Source of the DNA: an uncultured Dyella sp.
GTDB lineage: Bacteria > Pseudomonadota > Gammaproteobacteria > Xanthomonadales > Rhodanobacteraceae
Reading direction: 5' to 3'
NCBI GenBank assembly: GCA_966430775.1
Contig: CBJMMB010000004.1
Coordinates: 3,370-67,369, forward strand
DNA length: 64,000 nucleotides
The notes beneath the pieces are model-generated. The model had not been told where the DNA came from, did not search any database, and worked only from the letters and a program-made list of their open reading frames with translations. The first letter of the stretch is position 1, and each line of letters begins with the position of its first letter. A program made the position numbers and the translations under genes. Below, piece after piece: positions 10,373-18,551 of the stretch.

Positions 10373-11059
10373 ATGGAAGGCTTCTCGCTCAGAGTGGTGC
10401 TTGCGGACGATCATCCGGGGATGATCGCAGGTGTCGAGCACAGCTTGTCTTCGATCAGCACCGTGCGCTTGACCGGTACGGCGGGCAATTCCACCGAGCT
10501 GCTGCGCATTCTGGATACCGGTTGCTGCGACGTGCTGGTTTCCGACTATTCCATGCCGGGCAACGAGCATGGCGACGGCATCGTGCTGTTTTCGTTTCTG
10601 CAGCGGCGTTACCCGTTGATCAAGCTGGTCATCCTGACCATGCTGGACAACCCGGCCGTGCTCGGCGCACTGCAAAGGCTTGGGATCTGCTGCATCGTCA
10701 GCAAGTCCGACGCGCTCAGCTACCTGGTGCCCGCCATCCATGCCGCCGCAACGGGCGGCACCTACTATTCGCCCAGCGTGAAGAACAGCCTGCGCATGCA
10801 CGACATGGAGCGCCGCAACGGCGATGCGCCTCAGCCATTGAGCAAGCGCGAGCTTGAAGTGGTGCGGCTTTATGCAAGTGGTTTGACCATCAACGAAATC
10901 GCCGAACGCGTAAGTCGCAGCAAAAAGACCATCAGCACGCAGAAGGCGCGCGCCATGCAGAAGCTGGGTATCGAGCGCGATGTGGATTTGTTGCGTTATG
11001 CGATGGAGCACGGGATGGTGGCTTCGTCGTCGAAGACGGGAATGTCTGGGAATACGTAG
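10373..11059 (+). CDS. NarL/LuxR-family response regulator, RcsB-like
   Basis: VVLADDHP, SDYSMPG..HGDG; HTH LSKRELEVVRLYASGLTINEIAERVSRSKKTISTQKARAMQKLG. Confidence 0.9.
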   Translation: MEGFSLRVVLADDHPGMIAGVEHSLSSISTVRLTGTAGNSTELLRILDTGCCDVLVSDYSMPGNEHGDGIVLFSFLQRRYPLIKLVILTMLDNPAVLGALQRLGICCIVSKSDALSYLVPAIHAAATGGTYYSPSVKNSLRMHDMERRNGDAPQPLSKRELEVVRLYASGLTINEIAERVSRSKKTISTQKARAMQKLGIERDVDLLRYAMEHGMVASSSKTGMSGNT

Positions 11060-11129
11060 GTTGGGGTGCAAACCCCAACATCGTCATCGCCATAAACATG
11101 GCGACGTTGGAGTTTGCACCCCAACCTAC
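11056..11129. repeat. GTAG-family REP doublet supplying the stop codons of both convergent genes
   Basis: GTAGGTTGGGGTGCAAACCCCAAC ... GTTGGAGTTTGCACCCCAACCTAC. Confidence 0.85.
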
Positions 11130-11890
11130 GTGGTCGAGCGTCGCCGCAACACGGACCGGGCGTGCTCGGCAAATCCACGCATTGCCGATTGCAGCGCTTC
11201 CCGTTCACCCGCGGCGGCCTGTTCTTCCATCCGCCCAAGCATATCCACCGTTTCCATCTCGCGAATCATCGCAAACGATCCGCGCAGCGCATGCAGATGA
11301 TCGCGCACGACCTGCATGTCGCCTTTGCCGAGCGCGTCGTCGATCGCCTGCATGGATTGGCGAAAGCTTTGCTGCAAGAGGGCATGGATTTTCGCCGGCA
11401 GCGGCCCGTGAGAAAGATCGTCGGTTCCGGCAGTGTGACGGTCCGGCGTCGCGGTCGTTCCGAGCAGCCGGCGCACCGTAGCGTCCACGGCATCGATCGG
11501 CAGCGGCTTGGTGAACAGTGCATCGATACCCGCGCCGGCGCAGCCTTCGCGCTCGGCGTCGCTGGCCGTGGCGGTGAAGGCCAGGATGGGAACGGCCGCA
11601 CCTTGCGCGCGCAAGCTACGCGCAAGCGAACACCCATTCATGCCCGGCATATTGAGGTCGGTGATGATCGCGTCGCACTGCGCTTCGGTAAAGCGCTGCA
11701 AGGCCTGGCGGCCATCTTCGGCCAGGTCCACTTCATAGCCGAGCGCCCTGAATTGCTTCTGCAGAAGCAAGCGGCTGATCGGATGGTCATCGACGACCAG
11801 CACCCTTATCGCCGTGCCGCGGCCGGCCTCGGCGCGCCGCATGGCGCGAGGGTATGCCGGCGTCTGTTCGTCGGAATGGTCTTCTTCCAT
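11126..11890 (-). CDS. receiver (REC) plus Hpt phosphotransfer protein
   Basis: VLVVDDHPISR, TDLNMPGMNG, FTKP; C-terminal LHALRGSF Hpt motif; start position uncertain. Confidence 0.8.
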   Translation of the reverse strand: MEEDHSDEQTPAYPRAMRRAEAGRGTAIRVLVVDDHPISRLLLQKQFRALGYEVDLAEDGRQALQRFTEAQCDAIITDLNMPGMNGCSLARSLRAQGAAVPILAFTATASDAEREGCAGAGIDALFTKPLPIDAVDATVRRLLGTTATPDRHTAGTDDLSHGPLPAKIHALLQQSFRQSMQAIDDALGKGDMQVVRDHLHALRGSFAMIREMETVDMLGRMEEQAAAGEREALQSAMRGFAEHARSVLRRRSTT

Positions 11891-12390
11891 GGGCGCGCGC
11901 GATCTTTGAGGATGGCCTGACGCATCAGGCGTGGGCGTATTCTCCGGTCGCTGCAGCAGGATCGCAATCGCGCTTGCGCATCGCATGGATGACGGCGGCA
12001 TCATGTATATCGCGATGCCGTGCACATTCGATTGACTCGCGTTTATCGCGCTCTTCACGCCGCATTACCGACTCTCGTGTCATTTTCTTCTCCCGCTTTT
12101 CCTTGTGCCGCTTTGGTTGTTCGTTAACCGCTTCTGTGTGGCCATTACCGTCCTTCCATCCGACGGTCGCGTGCTTCAAGTGAGTCTTTACCGCGTTGCC
12201 GGGAACGGCAAGTTGCGCCTCACATTGCTTCACGGAGGAAGTTCACCGATCGATTTGCTTATCGCGCCAGCCGCCTGCCTCGCAATGCATGCCATTGCGT
12301 CGATGCTGATGAACATTGCGATTTGAGGAGACCCGGCGTTTCGACCCGACGCCGGCACGGCACGTGGCTGCGTGAGAAAACCCCACCCCC

Positions 12391-12434
12391 TCATTGCGGA
12401 AAGGATGCATCGTCATGAAAAAGCACAACGGTAA
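12391..12434 (+). repeat. 44-bp exact direct repeat covering the RBS and first codons (copy 1; copy 2 at 15966-16009)
   Basis: TCATTGCGGAAAGGATGCATCGTCATGAAAAAGCACAACGGTAA is identical at both sites. Confidence 0.95.
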
Positions 12435-15400
12435 CGGTCACGCCCATGGTCAGGTCCGTTCGAAGGGCGGCGGCAAGACGTCAGGCGAGCTACATCAATC
12501 CGTATCGGGCGAGCAAATACCTGTCGCGCTGGCGCAGGTGGAACATGTTTTCGAACACGGTCATGCCACGCCGGTGCCTGGCCACTTGTCGCGCCCCTGG
12601 GAAAACGCGCTGTCGGGGACGCAGGTTGGTCGTGCGGTACGTGCCGACGCACGGGCGCAGCTGACCGAGCCGGAGCATGGTACATACGCAAGAGGGTGGC
12701 GACCGGTCGCACAACGCGCCGCCACACTGCCGCGCATCCTGCTGCAGCCGACGATTCCGCAAGCCGTGCCGATCGGCCCCGGCGACGAACAGGGCATTGG
12801 CATCCACGTGCGCGAAGGTGGGGTGATGGTGAAGGTCGAAGCGTGGTCGCCGATGCAGATTGGCGATCTGCTCGAGCTGTTCTGGGGCGCGCCGGACGAC
12901 CCGCAAAGCCCCGGTTACCCCGGAACCCCCGTCGCCAGCAAGACCCTGCTGTTTGCCGATGAGCTCAACAAGAGCGTGCTGCTGTCGGTGCCGCAGAGCG
13001 ATGTGGTCGCCGGGTGGTTCAACGTGGTGTGCCGGGTGACGCGCGCGAACAACGGCTACCAGGAGTTGTCGCCGTTGCTGCGCGTGCTGGTCAAGCTCGA
13101 CCGGCCCGGCGGCATCGACCCGGCGCCGGACGAGAATCCCAACCTGGCCGCGCCGATCCTGCCGCCGAAAGTGATCAGCGGCGGCGTCGACGCCAGCTGG
13201 GCGTCGCGTGGCGTGCCGGTGACCATCCTGCCGTATCCGAACATGGCCATCGGCGATCGCATCCGGCTCAATTGGGGTGGCGCATTCGTCGAGTACACCC
13301 TTCGCAGCAGCAGCGAGGTCGATCAGCCGGTGACGTTGACCGTGGATGGCGCCACCATCCGCGCCGCCGGGGACAGTGACGCCCTGGTGCTGCGCTACCA
13401 GGTATACGATCTGGTGAACAACCGCTCCGGCTGGTCGCCTAGCACCTCAGTGGCGGTCGACGTGCATGGGAATGCGTTGTTCTTGCCCGAGGTGACCGAT
13501 GCCGACGACAACGGCGTGATCGACCTGGCGCAACTGGGCGATGCGGATGTGCGGGTGCTGGTCACCGCGTTCGCGCCGGATTTCGCGGTGGGCGATACGG
13601 TCACCCTGCAATGGACCGGGCACACTGCCGAAGGCATGGCGGTGCCATACGAGGAGACGCAGCCGGTCACGCGCACGCCGGTGCAGACGCTGGAATTCTT
13701 CGTTCCTAACGCCAGCGTGGTGGCGCTCGCCGGCGGCGATGCGGTGGTGTCCTACAGCCTGCAGACCGGACGCAGTTCCAAGCAGGTGCGCGTGACCATC
13801 ACAGGCGCCGTGGCGGCGCTGCCGGCGCCGAGCGTGGACGAAGCGCTGAACGGCGAACTGGACGCCACGCTGTCGCGCGCGACCGTGCGCATTGCGCCCT
13901 ATCCGGGCATGAATGCGGGTGACGTGGTGACGTTGATCTGGTCCGGTGTGCGTGCCGATGGCGAAACGCACCTGTACCAGATCGAGCGACAGATCAGCGG
14001 CAGTGCCGTGGGCAAGGAAGTGGTGTTGTCCGTGCCGGGCAGCGAGATTGCGCTGCTCGCCGGCGGCACGGTGCAACTGTGGTATGAGGTGACGCTCGGC
14101 GATGGCACGCCGTTGCGCCCCTCGCAGGCACTGATGCTGCGCGTGAGCGAAGCACAAGCGGTCTTCCTGCCGGCCCCCACGGTCGACGAAGCACCCGACA
14201 ACATGACGCTCGACCCGGACGCGGTCGATCTCTATGCCGAAGTGCGCATCCTGCCGTATCCGAACATGGCCATCGGCGATCGGGTGGACATGTATTGGGT
14301 CGGCAGCGGCGCCGGTGGCAACTTCAACGACTGGATCACGATCCGAGCAGCCACGATCAACAAGCCGGTGCTGTTCGACGTGGACAAGGCATTCGTCACC
14401 GCCAACGACGGCGGTACGGTAACCATTCGCTATACGGTGACGCCGCAGGGTGCGAACCCGCGTTCGTCGCTGCCGCGGACGTTGCGCGTTGGCGCTGCGC
14501 AGGAGGTCGTTCCGGCGATCGTTTCGGTCAGGGATGCCAATGGCGAGATTCCCGACGGCGGCAGCACGCCGGACACGACGGTGACGCTCAGCGGCACCGC
14601 CGCTATCGACCAGGCAATCGAACTGTTCGACGACACCACCTCGCTGGGCATCATCGATGTGGATGGCGACGGCGTGTGGATGCGCACGGTGACGAGCCTT
14701 GCCGATGGCAACCATCGTTTCACCGTCAAGGCGCTGTATGGCAGCGAGCCGGTATCGCCGGCGTGGAGCTTTACCGTGGCCGCGCTGGTGGGTTTGGCCG
14801 CGCCGGTAGTGACCGAGGCCGATCCGTATACCGACACGTTGAACCTGGTCAAGCCCGTCAATGGCGTGCATGTGGTGGTCGATTACGCCGGCATGGCGAT
14901 CGGCGATGTAGTGACAATGATCTGGAAAGGTACAGACGGAAGTGGAACGCAGTATCAGGCGGTGGAGGTCGAGACGCTTGGCCCCATTCCTTTCACGGTA
15001 GACAAGCCTGCGATTTCACCCAACGTCAACCGCACGGTGCGGGTTCTCTATACCGTCCGGCGGGCGGGTACGCCGGGAATTCCTGCGGTGGAATCGTCAG
15101 CGCTTGAGCTTTCGATCATCGATGACCAATTGTGGGATCAGTCGAGCTTCCATTCCGGTACCACCAGTTTTTTCCGTTGCGCCGCACGAACCAGCATCAC
15201 GATTCCGGACGACTTGCCGGTTGGCGAAGTCATTGAGACGACTGCTTCGATTGGGCCGAGCGCGTACACCGGTGTTTTGGTGGGAACGGATCCGTCGCAT
15301 TATCGAATCAATCTTGCCGGTAGCCAGCCTGGAAGGTCGAGTGTGCTCTTCGCGACCCGTTTTCCAGGCATCGCATTTAGGGTTCTCTATAACGGCGCTC

Positions 15401-15663
15401 CGCAAATCTCTGGACCGGCGGGCGGTCCTAAAGGTGGCGTCTTCAACAACGCAGGAGCCAATGGACAGATCCAGTTCGTCAAGACCGGTCCCATAGCCTC
15501 CGGAGCAGTGCTTCAGGCTGGCGTGTTGGCGCAGTGGCAAGTGGGTGCCACGCGCGTGTACTACATGGGCTGGCAACTGATGAACGACATCACCATCAAT
15601 GTGGTGAGGCGAAGCTCGACCCATGGCAAGCGCCGAACTTCCATGGCGCCTACCGAGGTTTGA
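12415..15663 (+). CDS. large Ig-like repeat protein (1082 aa) with a C-terminal fimbrial-adhesin-like domain and no Sec signal
   Basis: Six units with a motif like PYPNMAIGDRIxLxWxG, one Big-type unit (DTTVTLSGTA...GVW...DGNHRFTV), tail with ITIPDDLPVGEVI / ATRFPGIAFRV / FVKTGPI; AAGGA SD before ATG 12415. Confidence 0.75.
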   Translation: MKKHNGNGHAHGQVRSKGGGKTSGELHQSVSGEQIPVALAQVEHVFEHGHATPVPGHLSRPWENALSGTQVGRAVRADARAQLTEPEHGTYARGWRPVAQRAATLPRILLQPTIPQAVPIGPGDEQGIGIHVREGGVMVKVEAWSPMQIGDLLELFWGAPDDPQSPGYPGTPVASKTLLFADELNKSVLLSVPQSDVVAGWFNVVCRVTRANNGYQELSPLLRVLVKLDRPGGIDPAPDENPNLAAPILPPKVISGGVDASWASRGVPVTILPYPNMAIGDRIRLNWGGAFVEYTLRSSSEVDQPVTLTVDGATIRAAGDSDALVLRYQVYDLVNNRSGWSPSTSVAVDVHGNALFLPEVTDADDNGVIDLAQLGDADVRVLVTAFAPDFAVGDTVTLQWTGHTAEGMAVPYEETQPVTRTPVQTLEFFVPNASVVALAGGDAVVSYSLQTGRSSKQVRVTITGAVAALPAPSVDEALNGELDATLSRATVRIAPYPGMNAGDVVTLIWSGVRADGETHLYQIERQISGSAVGKEVVLSVPGSEIALLAGGTVQLWYEVTLGDGTPLRPSQALMLRVSEAQAVFLPAPTVDEAPDNMTLDPDAVDLYAEVRILPYPNMAIGDRVDMYWVGSGAGGNFNDWITIRAATINKPVLFDVDKAFVTANDGGTVTIRYTVTPQGANPRSSLPRTLRVGAAQEVVPAIVSVRDANGEIPDGGSTPDTTVTLSGTAAIDQAIELFDDTTSLGIIDVDGDGVWMRTVTSLADGNHRFTVKALYGSEPVSPAWSFTVAALVGLAAPVVTEADPYTDTLNLVKPVNGVHVVVDYAGMAIGDVVTMIWKGTDGSGTQYQAVEVETLGPIPFTVDKPAISPNVNRTVRVLYTVRRAGTPGIPAVESSALELSIIDDQLWDQSSFHSGTTSFFRCAARTSITIPDDLPVGEVIETTASIGPSAYTGVLVGTDPSHYRINLAGSQPGRSSVLFATRFPGIAFRVLYNGAPQISGPAGGPKGGVFNNAGANGQIQFVKTGPIASGAVLQAGVLAQWQVGATRVYYMGWQLMNDITINVVRRSSTHGKRRTSMAPTEV

Positions 15664-15965
15664 CTGCGCATAGCGTGGCCGGTTGGCGTGCCGGAACATG
15701 AAAATGGAACATGCGGCATGTTCGGCGCAATGGTGCGCACGCCACGTTCAGTAGAACGCCGATGGCGCCGCCGAGCGACGGCGCCATCGCATTGACCGCC
15801 AAAACTCTGGAGCGTCAAAGACGTCCTGTTCCAACCGTTTCACGATTCACAGGCAAGCGCATGCGTGGCGGTGGCGCTTGGCGGCGTAGCGGTTTCATGA
15901 ATAGTTGCGTGTCAGTGCCAAGCCGACGTTGCACACGGTTGCGTAACGCAAGTCTCTCCCACCCT

Positions 15966-16009
15966 TCATTGCGGAAAGGATGCATCGTCATGAAAAAGCA
16001 CAACGGTAA
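15966..16009 (+). repeat. 44-bp exact direct repeat, copy 2
   Basis: Identical to 12391-12434. Confidence 0.95.
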
Positions 16010-18551
16010 TGGTCATTCCAACGGGCAAGTCCGGTCGAAGGCGCGTGCCATTCCGGAGGGCTTGCAAGCGACTTTGGCCAAGAGAATTGCCGATACGCTG
16101 GCGCAATCTGCCGGTGCGTCAGTAGTCGGTAATCGAAGGCTCGATTTGAAAACTGCGCTGGCAAACAAAAACGCGGCGCTGGCGCCGGTAGCCTCCATTA
16201 GGGTGGGCACGGGCGGAACTCAATATGGTCCGGACGCAACCGCAAGTGGGGATTACAGTAGTGCCTATGGGCACGCATCACGTGCTTTCTCGTTCAATTC
16301 AGCCGCCTTCGGAACCGGCGCTTACGCCAGCACTGGTGATGCGGCTATAGCACTCGGTAGTAATGCAGCCGCTACGGCTTATTGTGCGCTTGCCGTTGGC
16401 AGCTCCGATCAGTCCAACGGTACCGGTCCGGCTGCTAGCGGCGACCTGTCTATTGCAGTCGGGACACGTAGTAGCGCGACCGGCGACAAGGCCATTGCGA
16501 TCGGTTCGGCCGATGCCACAGGCACCACGGCCGGCGCAAATGACAGTATTGCGATTGGCTCTCTCGCCGTTGCCAGTGCAGCCGCCCTGGGCGGCGTAGT
16601 GCTGGGCGCCACGGCGATGGTGTCCGGCCAGAATGCCGCCGCGATGGGTTACGGCGCCAGCGCGTCCAACAACGGCGCCATGGCACTTGGCCCTAATGCC
16701 AGGGCGGCAAGCCTTTCTTCAACGGCGCTAGGTTCCCTCGCCATCGTCAATGCAGCGGCGACCAGCGCGGTGGCGTTGGGCGCCGGATCTTCGGTAGCGG
16801 CCGCGGGTATTGGCTCGGTTGCGTTGGGCCCTAACGCCGTGGCTGATCGTGCCAGCACAGTGTCGGTGGGCAGCGCCGGCAGCAGGCGCCAGGTCGTCAA
16901 TATGGCGGCGGGCACGCAGGCTACCGACGCAGTCAACCTCAACCAACTGTCTCCCGTGGTAACGGCGCTCGGCGGCGGCGCGGCGATCGATCCGACCACC
17001 GGCGCGGTCACCGGTCCCGTCTACACGCTGGCCAACGGCGGCACGCAGACTACGCTCAGCGGCGCGCTGAGCGCGTTGGACCAGGCCGTGAGCGACAGTG
17101 CGGACACGCCTTACGTCGCCATCCGGTCGGGCAGCTACGCGACCGACCTGAATGCGCGGGCCGGCAACAGCGCGACGGCGGTGGGCGCCAATGCCAATGC
17201 GAGCGCGCAATCGGCGGTGGCGCTGGGCGGCAATACCGTCGCCGGCTACAACGCCATCGCGATCGGCACGCTGGCGGAAGGAACCGGACAAAGCAGCAGC
17301 GCGGTCGGCTTGCAAGCCAAGGCCAGCGGCCAGAACGCCTCGACGCTTGGCGCCTATGCCGTGGCGAGCGGGGCCAGTTCGACTGCGGTGGGCAATGGCG
17401 CTGCGGCGAGCGGCGTCGCGGCAACGGTGATCGGCCAGGCGGCATCGGCCACGGGAAATTACGCCGTCGCCGCCGGCATCCAGGCCGGCGCCGTCGGCAG
17501 CAACACCATCGTCATCGGCGCCGGTGCGCTGTCCAACAAAGGCTCGGCCACGCTGGACGGCGATGGAAACATCGTCATCGGTTCCAATGCCTTGGTCGAC
17601 AACGTCGGCGCGGGTGCGGTGGTGATCGGCCGCAATGCCAAAGTCAACAACAACGGTGGCGACAGCTCGGTAACAGGGGCGGGCGCGATCGCGCTTGGTG
17701 ATGGCGCGACCGCCTATGGCAACACGGCCACGGCGATCGGTCGCAATGCCTACACCGGTTACGCCGGCGGCGTCGCGCTGGGTGACAGCGCCAAAGTTCT
17801 GTCCGGCACCGCCTCGGTGGCGCTCGGCGCCAACACCCTGGCGGACGCGGACATGACCGTCTCCGTGGGCAACCGCTCCACCGGCTTGCGGCATCGCATC
17901 GTCAACATGGATGCCGGCCGCGAAACCTACGATGCGATCAACGTGAATCAGCTGCAGCCGATCGTGACCTCACTCGGCGGCGGCGCAGCGATCGATGCGG
18001 TCACCGGAGCGGTCACCGGCCCCACCTACACACTGGCCAACGGTGGTGTGCAAACCACGCTCAGCGGCGCCTTGAGTGCCTTGGACCAGGCGCTCAGCGA
18101 CGGCATTGGCGCAAGCGATCCGTACCTGATCGTCAACAGCAGCGGTCCAAACGCCACCGCGACCGGCAGCGATGCCATCGGCCTGGGCAGCGGCGCCAGC
18201 GCCAGCGGCCGTGCCGCGGTCGCGATCGGCTTCCATTCAGTGGCCAGCGCGGACGACACGGTGTCGGTGGGCAGCGCGGCGGTCAAGCGCAAGGTCGTCA
18301 ACGTGGCCGCGGGCGATGTCTCGGCGAGCAGCACCGACGCGATCAACGGCACGCAGCTCAACGATGCCTATCAGCAGATCGACGCCTTGCAGGATGCCTT
18401 GAACAACAGCGGCGTGATCGATCCGGGCACCGGCACATCATTGGCCGTGACCTACGCCAGCAGCGCAAAGGACACGATCGCGCTGGGCAGCGCCGGACGG
18501 CCGGTGGAGATCATGAACGTGGCCACCGCCACCGCGCCCAACGACGCGTGA
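15990..18551 (+). CDS. YadA/Hep-Hag head and stalk repeat protein, N-terminal part (probably continuous with 18548-23434 through a frameshift)
   Basis: Many AxAxG head repeats; neck motifs VSVG..RQVVNMAAGTQATDAVNLNQL; ends in PNDA* in the middle of a DAVN motif. Confidence 0.8.
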   Translation: MKKHNGNGHSNGQVRSKARAIPEGLQATLAKRIADTLAQSAGASVVGNRRLDLKTALANKNAALAPVASIRVGTGGTQYGPDATASGDYSSAYGHASRAFSFNSAAFGTGAYASTGDAAIALGSNAAATAYCALAVGSSDQSNGTGPAASGDLSIAVGTRSSATGDKAIAIGSADATGTTAGANDSIAIGSLAVASAAALGGVVLGATAMVSGQNAAAMGYGASASNNGAMALGPNARAASLSSTALGSLAIVNAAATSAVALGAGSSVAAAGIGSVALGPNAVADRASTVSVGSAGSRRQVVNMAAGTQATDAVNLNQLSPVVTALGGGAAIDPTTGAVTGPVYTLANGGTQTTLSGALSALDQAVSDSADTPYVAIRSGSYATDLNARAGNSATAVGANANASAQSAVALGGNTVAGYNAIAIGTLAEGTGQSSSAVGLQAKASGQNASTLGAYAVASGASSTAVGNGAAASGVAATVIGQAASATGNYAVAAGIQAGAVGSNTIVIGAGALSNKGSATLDGDGNIVIGSNALVDNVGAGAVVIGRNAKVNNNGGDSSVTGAGAIALGDGATAYGNTATAIGRNAYTGYAGGVALGDSAKVLSGTASVALGANTLADADMTVSVGNRSTGLRHRIVNMDAGRETYDAINVNQLQPIVTSLGGGAAIDAVTGAVTGPTYTLANGGVQTTLSGALSALDQALSDGIGASDPYLIVNSSGPNATATGSDAIGLGSGASASGRAAVAIGFHSVASADDTVSVGSAAVKRKVVNVAAGDVSASSTDAINGTQLNDAYQQIDALQDALNNSGVIDPGTGTSLAVTYASSAKDTIALGSAGRPVEIMNVATATAPNDA

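Noticed and set aside
11925-12233. 102-aa minus-strand ORF between the REC-Hpt gene and the Ig-repeat gene
   Set aside because: No SD, no recognisable motif, low-complexity charged sequence; more likely a divergent promoter region.
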